From assembly GCA_009691405.1 (NCBI GenBank), contig SICN01000003.1, positions 108 to 64,107 on the forward strand: a DNA stretch of 64,000 nt, written 5' to 3'. The notes under the pieces were generated by a model, which made no database searches, was not told the DNA's origin, and saw only the letters and a list, made by a program, of their open reading frames with translations. Positions 47,354 through 56,168 of this stretch are shown here, in pieces (within the stretch, counting starts at the first letter, position 1; each line of letters starts with the position of its first letter). The DNA comes from Candidatus Peribacteria bacterium. Lineage in GTDB: Bacteria; Patescibacteriota; Gracilibacteria; Peribacterales; Peribacteraceae. Position numbers and translations under genes: made by a program.

Positions 47354-47764
47354 TTATTCTTCAGGAGAAAATTCCTCATTCCCGCTCATCCTTTTCCAAA
47401 AAGGATGTACTTTACCAAACTCCTGGATTCCCCACTGCCTTGGCACGTACGACAGCGGAACAAAAGAATCAATCGAAAGTTTTTGATCAGCAGACTTTCC
47501 TCCATTGAGAACATGTTTTAAGGGAACATGAGATAATCCAAACACCCAATCCATTTCTTGTTTTGTTGCTTCATTCACAAGCGCATGGACAGAGTGTAAC
47601 TGCTGGGCAGAACCAAAAACGGGGGAAGCAGGAGCATTTTTGACATCGTCCTGCAATCTATCCAACGCCGATAGAGGCAGCTGTTCCTTCATAAAAGGAA
47701 CAAATTGTATGTCTGCAACAACAAAATGCAACCGTTCCGGTTGTCTATCCCAATATCTCCGCAA
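47354..47764 (-). CDS. Hypothetical protein between the two PurP paralogs
   Basis: It is a 136-aa ORF with lower GC than its neighbours. Its start overlaps the upstream purP stop by 20 nt. I recognised no motif. Confidence 0.4.
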   Translation of the reverse strand: MRRYWDRQPERLHFVVADIQFVPFMKEQLPLSALDRLQDDVKNAPASPVFGSAQQLHSVHALVNEATKQEMDWVFGLSHVPLKHVLNGGKSADQKLSIDSFVPLSYVPRQWGIQEFGKVHPFWKRMSGNEEFSPEE

Positions 47765-48797
47765 GCCTTCCGTCCGAAATCGCCGTCTTGATCTCCCTTG
47801 CTATACGCCGCCCTGTGCTCATCGGCACGTCGTACTTGAGTGCCGTGTAGGGAGAACCGTCGATGAACGGATTCGTGCCGGCGACGATCCTCGCGCTAAT
47901 CTCGAATACAAATGTCTGCAGTTTTCTCGTGACGATCGTCTCGAGGCAGAACGGACCAAACAACCCCTTTCCGCAGAGCTTCTTGCTCGCAGCAACGACT
48001 CGCTCTCCCATCCCGAAGAACTCGGGGAGCATCGACTCCCGAACGACAATCGGAATGTTGCCGACGATCGTATAGCTCGTGTGGATTTTCGCCGCGAGCT
48101 GGTCTTCGGCCTTGATCCGCCCGATAGAGTCGGCATTCGACTCGTACCGCTTGTCAAAACTCATAATCTCGAGCTCGCCCGTAAGCGCCGACTGAAAGTA
48201 ATGAATGTAGAGCGGCACGCCGATGATGTACTCTTGGATGTTGAAATCCGTTTCATCGGGGTACTTGCGATTCTTCACTTCGTAGAATTGTGCTGCGGTG
48301 CGGACGACGAAGTATCCGAACCCTCCTCCCGCTCCGTGGAATTTCACGATCACGGGACAGTCGATATCTTCGGGCTTTTCAAACACGCGAGGCATCAGAA
48401 TATTGGCATCAAGAAGCCATTTTCGTTCCATCGTCCTGTTGCTCTCCCACTCCAAAATTTCTTTCGTTCCGTAGTACATGCTCTTCATCGTCTGCACTTT
48501 CTCGGGACCCATGTAACTGATGAACGATCCGTGCGGAATGATGATCGCATTTCGCTTGAGAAGTTCCGGCTCGACTTTCGTATCCCACTCGCTCCAGTCA
48601 TCGATGATCAAAATATCGTCCGCGACACCAAAACTTTTGTAGACACCTTCCGTTCCCCTCTTGCAAATGGCGAGATTCGGAACACCTTCATCGCGTGCAC
48701 CTTTCAGAATCTGAAGCGCCGAGTGACTGCCGATCGTGGCGATGCAATAATCCTTCGGATTATTTGAAACGGCCGCTGCTTTCTTGGCAGGAGTCAT
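47745..48797 (-). CDS. purP: 5-formaminoimidazole-4-carboxamide ribonucleotide (FAICAR) synthetase, archaeal PurP type
   Basis: It is collinear with my recollection of M. jannaschii PurP. Matching blocks are IATIGSHSALQILKGA, PHGSFISY, VIVKF.GA.GG.GYF, DKRYESN, GNIPIVVRESMLP, GPFCLE, SARIVAGTN and GRRIAREIK. I chose the ATG at 48797. Confidence 0.85.
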   Translation of the reverse strand: MTPAKKAAAVSNNPKDYCIATIGSHSALQILKGARDEGVPNLAICKRGTEGVYKSFGVADDILIIDDWSEWDTKVEPELLKRNAIIIPHGSFISYMGPEKVQTMKSMYYGTKEILEWESNRTMERKWLLDANILMPRVFEKPEDIDCPVIVKFHGAGGGFGYFVVRTAAQFYEVKNRKYPDETDFNIQEYIIGVPLYIHYFQSALTGELEIMSFDKRYESNADSIGRIKAEDQLAAKIHTSYTIVGNIPIVVRESMLPEFFGMGERVVAASKKLCGKGLFGPFCLETIVTRKLQTFVFEISARIVAGTNPFIDGSPYTALKYDVPMSTGRRIAREIKTAISDGRLAEILG

Positions 48798-48976
48798 GGT
48801 ATTTCGGTAAATGTACACCAATTCAGGGAATATGGGCAACAGTTTTTTCACGTAACTGGAGATCAACTGCGATTCGCAGTACAATGCCACGGCTTCGGTG
48901 CCGTAGCCAAGCAGTAAGGCAGGGGACTGCAAATCCCCCATGCGCGAGTGCGATCCTCGCCGGCACCTCCATTTTT

Positions 48977-49564
48977 TTACTTCACCTCCTTCGTCGCCGG
49001 ATCCGCAAACGACGCGTTCTTCAGAATAAAGAGAACTTGATCCGCTTCGCTGTCTTGAATGCTGAGCGGGAACGAACCCGTGAACGTGTATCCCGTCCGA
49101 GCGACGGTCGCCGAAAGCTGGTAGTACCGACGGATCGGCTGCTCCGATGAAGGACGTGCACTGAAGACATGAACAGCGGATTCCTGACCGTCAATCGTGA
49201 CGACGATCTTGTCGAGAAGCTTGTAATCGGGAAGTGCGGAGACCGCGAGAATATTCGACGAACTGTAATCGGCTGTCGACATCTCTTGACTGAGGGGTTC
49301 CTTGGTCACTGTCACCGTATCGAGTTGTCCTGCTTGCGGCGTCTCGAACTGAAAGGCTGCAACGGTTTCCTCGGGGACCCCGAGCACCGTGAGCTGCTCT
49401 CTGCTCAAAACCTTCCAGCCCTTCGGTAGACAAACGCTCACCGAACCGTTCCAGAATTGTTGATCGCACGTCACCGTTGCCATGGATGATTCGGAGCTGC
49501 AGCCTGCAAAAACAAGAACACACAAGCTGAGAGCTGCAAATCGAGTGCGTATCATGGATTTCAT
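48977..49564 (-). CDS. Putative lipoprotein
   Basis: The signal peptide has a lipobox (LVFAGC). The ATG at 49564 was chosen. I recognised no domain. Confidence 0.55.
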   Translation of the reverse strand: MKSMIRTRFAALSLCVLVFAGCSSESSMATVTCDQQFWNGSVSVCLPKGWKVLSREQLTVLGVPEETVAAFQFETPQAGQLDTVTVTKEPLSQEMSTADYSSSNILAVSALPDYKLLDKIVVTIDGQESAVHVFSARPSSEQPIRRYYQLSATVARTGYTFTGSFPLSIQDSEADQVLFILKNASFADPATKEVK

Positions 49565-49683
49565 TGTAACACGGCGATAAAAACCGAGGGTCTTCCTTCC
49601 TGTTGACAAGAAAAGGCAATTGCCAGAAATCACTCTATAGGTCCATAGGCAAAAAGTGGTATTTTTGCTATACTAAAGAGAAT

Positions 49684-52104
49684 ATGCAGAAACCGATGAC
49701 ATCAATGCTGACACTCGTTGCACTCATGCTGCAACTTTTGTCTCCTGCAGCACTCGCCGCAGGGGTGTGTTCCGTTGCAGCACTCGACACGGTGTCGGGG
49801 CTTGGAACACAGGTCACGGTCTCTTCCTGTGGCAACGGAACACAAACGCTCCTCATCGTCCAGAGTCCGGACAACCAGAACTACACGCAGACGATCACGC
49901 TCGACAATACGGGGAGTGCAGTGACGCTGGTGCCATCGCAATACACGCTTACGGCGGGCACGTATTCCGTCAGTGCAGCGGGTGCAACAGGGACGTTCAA
50001 CGTCGCTGCAGACTATGCCGATGAAACTCGGTCGACATTGATCGTCAGCCCGCAATCGATCGATGCTGACGGACGAGATACGGCAACGGTGACGGCAATT
50101 CTCCGTGACAGTAGCGATAACCCGGTCACCGGTCGCCCGCTGGCACTGATCACCAGTCGCCTCACCGATGAAATCTCACCGCAGTCCAAGCAGACCGACA
50201 CGAGCGGACGCTTCCTCTGGACCGTGCGCGGAACGGAGCGCGGCATCGCAACGTTGACGATCTTCGACATCATCGCCGGACGTCAGATGAAATTGAGAGC
50301 AAGTATTACGATCGGCAATGTCAGCAAATCGACACTCGGAGCATCTCTCACCGATTTCGGACGGGGTGGAGACAGCATCACCGCCGACCTCGCGAGCGAA
50401 ACCATCGACCGATTCGAACTCTCGCTCCCGCAGGGAGCAACCGATGTGAAAGCGAATGAACTCTTCGGCATCACCATCCGCGCGATGAAGGGCGACCAAG
50501 TGTCGAGAGGGTACATCGGTGCACTCACCGTGAAGAGTTCCGACTCGGATGCACTCCTCCCAAGACAGGGAGAAGACCCGAAAGATCCAAGTGCGGGGCA
50601 CATTGAAATGCGCGGAGTGGATCAGGGAGAACGCAAAGTACCTCTCGCATTCATGCTTCGAAGCAGCGGCATGCAAACCATTGAAATCAGCGACGATCTC
50701 GACCCGACGTTCAACGGAAAGCTCACGCTGAATGTCCTGCGTTCCGGCGGAACCGGCAGCGACAAGATCATCATCGTCGATCCTCAGGATCGCACGAGCG
50801 TGAAAGGCGGACCGATTCTCCTCCAAGGTCGAGCACCGAGTCTCATCAATCTCCGCGTGAAGGGAGGCAGCGACATCGTGAACGGCGAAAGCGACGAGGA
50901 AGGAGTATTTCGAATCAGCGTGCCGATCAATCCCGCGGACAAAGAAGTGACGCTCTTCGTCGTCAGCGAGAACGGAGCGTATGAAAGTAACCCCGTGCAC
51001 ATCCTCGTCGACAATGTCGCTCCAACCATCGAGACCATCACTCTTGTTCCTGCGGAAGCCAAGGCAGGCGAGAGAACGACGATCACGCTCAAATCGGAAG
51101 TGGGGTTGAGTGCCGCGACCGTCGCGTACGGCACGGAGACGATCACCCTATCAGAGGGATCGGGCGGGCTCTACAGCGGCATCCTTTCCGCTCCGACACT
51201 CCCGGGAATCTATGACATCACGACGACTGCGAAAGACCTCGCTGGGAATTCTTCAGCGATGCTCACGAAATGGAAAGTCACTGCAACGACGCTGCCAATC
51301 GTCCGGAACGTGACAGCGGAAGGTCGACAGAATGCCGTGTCCGTTCAGTGGCAGGCAGTGGAAGGTTTCGACAACATCCGTCAGTACAAAATCTACATTG
51401 CCGCCCAGAATGATCCGCAGAATATTCTCTACAGCATCGGGACGAATAAGCCGGTGACTTCGGCGATCATCAAAGACTTGCCGCTCGGCATCCCCTACCT
51501 CTTCTCTCTGACGGTCGTCGCCGACGACGGGACGGAGAGCCCCGAGAAAAGTGCACCGGCGAGTGCGACTCCCTACGGATTCTCATTGAAGGTGACCCCC
51601 GGAAAGGACAGTCTCCTCCTCGAGTGGACACCGATTCCGTCCTTGCCGCTCGATCACTACGTCCTCGAGTACGGTACGTCACCGGGCGAATATCCGGGAC
51701 GTCAGAAAATCAACGGTACCGCGAGATCGACGGTCCTCCGTGACCTCCTTGGCGGTGTCACGTACGAAGTGAAGTTGACGCCGGTCACCGTCACCGGAAA
51801 AACAATGACGGAATCCGCGGTGATCGCTCACGGCACGCCGACGAGTGACGGATTCGTCGCCGGAAATTCCGAGTCGGTACCGGATGACATCGTCGGTATC
51901 CCGCTCCATCCCGGCGCACCGCTCGACCGCCTCCCCTCTCTCGATGAGATGCCATCCACCACCGAGAGCGGTATCCCGTCATTCACCCTCGGACTTCTCA
52001 CGATTGCAGCACTCGGCATCGGACTCCACTGGTTCAAAGCACAGCGTGAGAAAAAAAAGGTGGATGAATTTCTGCAAGCCATGCAACAGAGGTATCTTTC
52101 TTGA
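49684..52104 (+). CDS. Large surface protein with Big_1-like Ig and fibronectin type III-like domains and a C-terminal TM anchor
   Basis: After a signal peptide, the Big_1-like segment reads STLIVSPQSIDADGRDTATVTAILRDSSDNPVTGRPL. FN3-like repeats follow (V.W.......Y.I, L.EW.P.....HYVLEYG). The C-terminal TM helix is followed by KAQREKKK. Confidence 0.7.
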   Translation: MQKPMTSMLTLVALMLQLLSPAALAAGVCSVAALDTVSGLGTQVTVSSCGNGTQTLLIVQSPDNQNYTQTITLDNTGSAVTLVPSQYTLTAGTYSVSAAGATGTFNVAADYADETRSTLIVSPQSIDADGRDTATVTAILRDSSDNPVTGRPLALITSRLTDEISPQSKQTDTSGRFLWTVRGTERGIATLTIFDIIAGRQMKLRASITIGNVSKSTLGASLTDFGRGGDSITADLASETIDRFELSLPQGATDVKANELFGITIRAMKGDQVSRGYIGALTVKSSDSDALLPRQGEDPKDPSAGHIEMRGVDQGERKVPLAFMLRSSGMQTIEISDDLDPTFNGKLTLNVLRSGGTGSDKIIIVDPQDRTSVKGGPILLQGRAPSLINLRVKGGSDIVNGESDEEGVFRISVPINPADKEVTLFVVSENGAYESNPVHILVDNVAPTIETITLVPAEAKAGERTTITLKSEVGLSAATVAYGTETITLSEGSGGLYSGILSAPTLPGIYDITTTAKDLAGNSSAMLTKWKVTATTLPIVRNVTAEGRQNAVSVQWQAVEGFDNIRQYKIYIAAQNDPQNILYSIGTNKPVTSAIIKDLPLGIPYLFSLTVVADDGTESPEKSAPASATPYGFSLKVTPGKDSLLLEWTPIPSLPLDHYVLEYGTSPGEYPGRQKINGTARSTVLRDLLGGVTYEVKLTPVTVTGKTMTESAVIAHGTPTSDGFVAGNSESVPDDIVGIPLHPGAPLDRLPSLDEMPSTTESGIPSFTLGLLTIAALGIGLHWFKAQREKKKVDEFLQAMQQRYLS

Positions 52105-53126
52105 AAACCATGGCGACTGCAAAAACATCCACCCACCGACAACGGACACTCTCGATCGGAGGAGCTACGTACGACGTGTTTTTGACGATGGGCGAACTGA
52201 GAACACATGAAAACAACATTCAGCTTGGCATCGGGGAGAAAGTCCAAGTGAAACGTGTGATCGAAACGTGTGGAGGAGGAGCCTCTAATACATCGGTCGG
52301 TCTCTCTCGTCTCGGGCTCTCGGCTTCGTTCTGCGGCATCGTCGGCTCGGACCAGTGGGGAGAAAAACTTCTCGAAAATCTGAAGAAAGAAAACGTAAAC
52401 GTTTCATCCGCAACGATCGTCGAACACGAGACAAGCAGTTTTTCGATCGTGCTCTCGCTTCCAAACGGCGAACGGACGATTCTGTACGCACCGGGCGTGA
52501 ATGAACATCTCCATGATACGACGTTTGATCTCGGCGCGATGAAAGGAATCGATGCCGTGTACTTGAATCACCTCTGCGAAACCTCGTGCATGATCCAGGA
52601 TGACATCATCGAAGCACTGACGAAAGAATCATCGACGGTTCTCGCATGGAACCCGGGCGGCAGCGAGATCGCAGCGGGCATGCATGCCGAAGATGCGGCC
52701 GCATTGCTGAAATCAACAACGCTGCTTCTCCTTAATAAGGAGGAAGCCCTTCTCTTCTCGCAATCGAAGACGATCGAAGAAGCTCTGAAAAAACTCACCT
52801 CTGCAGGTGCAAAGAACGTGTGCATCACCGACGGCAAGAATGGAACCATTGCCTCAGACAGCAAGAAAACGTATCGCTGTCCGATTCTCAAGAATATTCG
52901 CGTGGTCGACACGACCGGTGCGGGAGACGCATTCGGAACGGCCGCACTCTGGGCGCTGCTGACAGGCGAAACGTTGCAAACTGCGCTCATTTCGGGTACA
53001 CTGAATGCTGCAAGTGTGGTTGCATCGATCGGAGCACAGGCAGGACTGCTCACAGAAACCAACATCAGAGAACAACTGAGCCGGAATCTGATCAGCGTTG
53101 AAACAATATCTTCTCAACATCTATGA
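52101..53126 (+). CDS. PfkB-family carbohydrate/nucleoside kinase
   Basis: It contains GGGA.N and the C-terminal DTTGAGDAFGTA anion-hole motif. The start is TTG 52101, which overlaps the previous stop, or ATG 52110. Confidence 0.85.
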   Translation: MKTMATAKTSTHRQRTLSIGGATYDVFLTMGELRTHENNIQLGIGEKVQVKRVIETCGGGASNTSVGLSRLGLSASFCGIVGSDQWGEKLLENLKKENVNVSSATIVEHETSSFSIVLSLPNGERTILYAPGVNEHLHDTTFDLGAMKGIDAVYLNHLCETSCMIQDDIIEALTKESSTVLAWNPGGSEIAAGMHAEDAAALLKSTTLLLLNKEEALLFSQSKTIEEALKKLTSAGAKNVCITDGKNGTIASDSKKTYRCPILKNIRVVDTTGAGDAFGTAALWALLTGETLQTALISGTLNAASVVASIGAQAGLLTETNIREQLSRNLISVETISSQHL

Positions 53127-53245
53127 AATCTCTCAAAAATCGCATGATACGAGGAAGCAAGACAAAATTTTGCGAGGCGTATTCGCATACGTTGAGCAAA
53201 AATTTGGCGCAGCTGACGAAGTAGCATGCATTTTTCAGAGATTTC
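53125..53245. repeat. Inverted repeat element (about 21-nt arms, 76-nt centre) filling the pfkB-downstream spacer
   Basis: The arms are gaaatctctcaaaaatcgcatg and catgcatttttcagagatttc, with one mismatch and one indel. Confidence 0.6.
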
Positions 53246-53260
53246 CATCCCCTCTCTTCT

Positions 53261-53932
53261 ATGTCTGATGATAACCTCCTCTCGATTCAAGAACTCATCG
53301 ACTCTGCGATGAGCTCACTGAAGACCGCGAACAATCTTCTCCGCGAACTCACGGGTGTCACGGACTCTTCACGGGAGCGTTTCAGTTCGAAAGCAGGATC
53401 GATGAGCGGAGGCTACGCCGCCAGCGCTTCGTCCAAAGTGGTCGAAGGCGTCTTCGACGGACAGAACATGGTGGATTCTCTCGGTCAGACCTATCCGATT
53501 CCCGCAAACTACGCTTCGAAGAGCAAACTCGTGGAAAGCGACGGCATGAAGCTTTCGATCACCGATGACGGAAAATTCATCTACAAGCAGATCGCACCGA
53601 TCGAACGCAGAACCATGGTCGGTGTCCTCATCCAGGAAGACGGACAGTACAAAGTGCTTGCGGAGGGAAAGACGTATCGTCTGCTCCTCGCCTCCGTCAC
53701 GTTCTACCGCGCGGAAGTCGGCGACCAGGTCACGATCCTCGTGCCGAAATCCGGAAATGCCAACTGGGGAGCAGTCGAAGCGATCATCCCGAAACACATC
53801 GTCGAAGCCGCTGCACGCGCGACGGTTGCAGCAGACAGTGAGAATGCTGTGGAGCTTGAGAAGAAACCGAAAGCGTCGCGCAAATCGAAGAAGAACGAAG
53901 ATGGGGAACTGAGCCCGAAGATGGAGGAGTAA
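53261..53932 (+). CDS. Hypothetical protein with a Lys-rich tail
   Basis: The 223-aa ORF has good coding character. I recognised no motif, although the central region could form a beta-barrel/OB-like fold, which is speculative. Confidence 0.5.
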   Translation: MSDDNLLSIQELIDSAMSSLKTANNLLRELTGVTDSSRERFSSKAGSMSGGYAASASSKVVEGVFDGQNMVDSLGQTYPIPANYASKSKLVESDGMKLSITDDGKFIYKQIAPIERRTMVGVLIQEDGQYKVLAEGKTYRLLLASVTFYRAEVGDQVTILVPKSGNANWGAVEAIIPKHIVEAAARATVAADSENAVELEKKPKASRKSKKNEDGELSPKMEE

Positions 53933-53942
53933 AAAACGATAA

Positions 53943-54021
53943 CGCAGCGGAAGTTCGTAACTTCCGCGTCTGTGAAGAATTCTTTCTCGTACCCGCGGAA
54001 GATGTGGATCTTCCGCTACGG
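53943..54021. repeat. REP/MITE-like element, copy B
   Basis: It shares gcggaagttcgtaactt and gtggatcttccgctacgg with copy A at 26642..26712. It contains two local 9-bp hairpins. Confidence 0.75.
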
Positions 54022-54101
54022 TCAAATTGTCCTGCATCTTCTTCCTTTCCCTCTTCTCTCCACTCCTCTTTGAGCAACCTCAATGCTACTCTGTATCAGC
54101 A

Positions 54102-55430
54102 ATGAAGATTCCTCTCCGCATCGTCGTTCCTGTCGCAATCGCACTCACCATGAGCAGTGCTGCAGCAGCTCTTTTTTTGTGGCAGATCCGCTCATCAATC
54201 AGCATCATCGAATCGTCATTTCAGTCGCAGGGCGGCACGAAAAACCTGCTCCGGAACATTCTGCCCTCTCGCTCCCGAACTCCGATTGACAGCGTCACCG
54301 TATCCGAAGCGCTCATGGAACTGAGACAAGGTGAGATCTTCGAACTCCGAGGAGAGTGGAAGCAAGCGCAGGAGCACTACGAGAGGAGCGTGCAACACGG
54401 CGGCGGCGCTCCGGCGCTCAAGAAGCTTGCGAGCATCGAACTCCAACGTCGCGAGTACCAGAGTGCGAAGAAGACGATCCGTGCACTCAGCGATATCAAT
54501 CCGAAGAGCACTGACACCGTGCTCCTTCTCGGTCTTCTCGCTCTTCGGAGCGGAGACATTCGCGGTGCGACGTCCGTCTTCAGCCGCACACCAAATTCAC
54601 CGGAGTCGCAGTACGGTTCCGCACTGGTGGCGATCACGCAGGGAGATCATGAGACGGCAAGAAAACAACTGACACTCGCGGTGGCGGGAAACGACGCAAC
54701 CGTGCGCACGTACGCCAAGATGATCCTCACGGCATACGACGAATTCGCCCTGTTCCCAAACGGTCAGGACATCCACCTCCTTACCCTCCTCTCTCGGTCA
54801 CTCGCACAGGTGAACGAGTGTGAGACCGCGCTCCCGCTGCTCCAAAACGTGATCCTGAAACAGGAACGCTACCGCGACGCCTGGATCGTGAAAGGATACT
54901 GCGAATTCATCTCGGAGCGTCTGCAAGACGCGCTCACGTCACTCGAAGAAGCGTACTCCCTCGATCCCGAGAAAGCCGAAACGCAGTACTTCCTCGCTCG
55001 CACGCACGCCGCCCTTGGCGATCCGCAGAACGCCGTGACGTTTCTGCAGTACGCACTCTTAAACGGCTTCACCCCACAGCACGATGCGAGGGAGCTGTTA
55101 ATCCGATACGCGCAGGAACTCGGCAACACCGAGCTGGCTCTCGAACAACTGAAGATTCTGGCTAGTCTCAAAGACAGCGATCTTCAGGCATTCGAACACT
55201 ATGTCACTCTTGCGATCACCCTCCCCGATCACACGACCGAGGCTCTGGCACTTGCCAAGAAAGCGCTTGTGCGTTGGCCAAACGATGCTTCGGCACTGGC
55301 TCTCGCCGCGAGAACATCGTTTGCAACAGGTAACATGGATGATGCACAGAGATACGTAGACAGCGCTCTAAGGATCGATCCGAAGAATGCGAAGGCACTG
55401 GAGATGGAAGGGATGATGGGGAAGAAGTAG
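54102..55430 (+). CDS. Tetratricopeptide repeat protein with an N-terminal membrane anchor
   Basis: One N-terminal TM helix is present. Multiple 34-aa TPR-like repeats follow (A...Y..A......A...L..A...P). Confidence 0.75.
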   Translation: MKIPLRIVVPVAIALTMSSAAAALFLWQIRSSISIIESSFQSQGGTKNLLRNILPSRSRTPIDSVTVSEALMELRQGEIFELRGEWKQAQEHYERSVQHGGGAPALKKLASIELQRREYQSAKKTIRALSDINPKSTDTVLLLGLLALRSGDIRGATSVFSRTPNSPESQYGSALVAITQGDHETARKQLTLAVAGNDATVRTYAKMILTAYDEFALFPNGQDIHLLTLLSRSLAQVNECETALPLLQNVILKQERYRDAWIVKGYCEFISERLQDALTSLEEAYSLDPEKAETQYFLARTHAALGDPQNAVTFLQYALLNGFTPQHDARELLIRYAQELGNTELALEQLKILASLKDSDLQAFEHYVTLAITLPDHTTEALALAKKALVRWPNDASALALAARTSFATGNMDDAQRYVDSALRIDPKNAKALEMEGMMGKK

Positions 55431-55448
55431 CCGTCGTCTTCCAAGACA

Positions 55449-55622
55449 GCCCTCACTCTGTCGCTGCAGCGACATCTCTCTTCGATCAACAGCCCTCATC
55501 CTCAATCCTTCTCCAGCGCTCTGGAGAAGGAAGCTCTGCTTCACAGATCACAAACGTTGACTCTTCAAAACTTGCGTCCCCTCCTCTCCAGACCGCTGGA
55601 GAGGAGGTCGGGAGGTGAGGGC
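55449..55622. repeat. Cluster of GC-rich palindromic REP-like units
   Basis: The outer ends are gccctcactc...ggtgagggc. Internal palindromes are tgtcgctg/cagcgaca, tccttctccag-cgct-ctggagaagga and cctcctctccag-accg-ctggagaggagg. The family is the same as at 29175..29297. Confidence 0.75.
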
Positions 55623-55660
55623 TGCATTAAAGAGGTCGAGAGGTAAGAGCTATTTTCAGA

Positions 55661-55690
55661 TACATAAACAAAAAGACCATTGCTGGCCTT
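55661..55690. terminator. Weak hairpin with flanking A/T tracts (possible bidirectional terminator)
   Basis: The sequence is aaaagacca-ttgc-tggcctttt followed by tgtgtttg. The stem has one A-C mismatch. Confidence 0.35.
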
Positions 55691-56028
55691 TTTGTGTTTG
55701 TATTCGCCTCCTCGGCTATCAATGAATGAATGGGTAGAAACTTTCACTGAGCCTTCGTGCGGAGGGTCTACATGGGGAGGAGCCCGAAACTCTGCCTTGC
55801 TATAGTCTCTTGTTTCTCCTCGTGACTAGACGAAGTCCCCGTACCGGTTCATCACGCGGTGCTAAAAGCTCCGGGAGAACACTGGGGAGAAAGGGGGCGC
55901 ACCCCATCAAACTCTCTCTAAAGAAGGGGCGACATTGCAGAGCAGAGAGGACAGTGACCGCGGAATCCGTGTTCTGTGACCACGGTCCTCTCTACGTTTA
56001 CGGGCTTTGATGTGAAGGAACTTTCCTG

Positions 56029-56065
56029 CCCTTCCGTAGCTCCGCTGCAGCGGAGCGAAGGAGGG
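56029..56065. repeat. Hairpin repeat family 2, copy B
   Basis: The sequence is cccttccgtagctccgc-tgca-gcggagcgaaggaggg. Compare 33041..33077. Confidence 0.7.
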
Positions 56066-56168
56066 TTGTGTGTTTGTCTTGGTATGAAGATTTCTCGTTT
56101 GAAGAAATCATGTCATTGTACTCACCCTAAGAATTTGCACAAGAAGATGTACTGGAAAAAATCTAGAA

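Noticed and set aside
55650-56168. RNase P RNA, tmRNA or SRP RNA in the large non-coding gap.
   Set aside because: There is no tRNA-like 3' end (no TCCACCA or T-arm), so it is not tmRNA. The P4-like strings are only about 45 nt apart and do not pair, so it is not RNase P. There is no GGAA-tetraloop helix-8 motif, so it is not SRP RNA. The region is kept only as an unclassified candidate.
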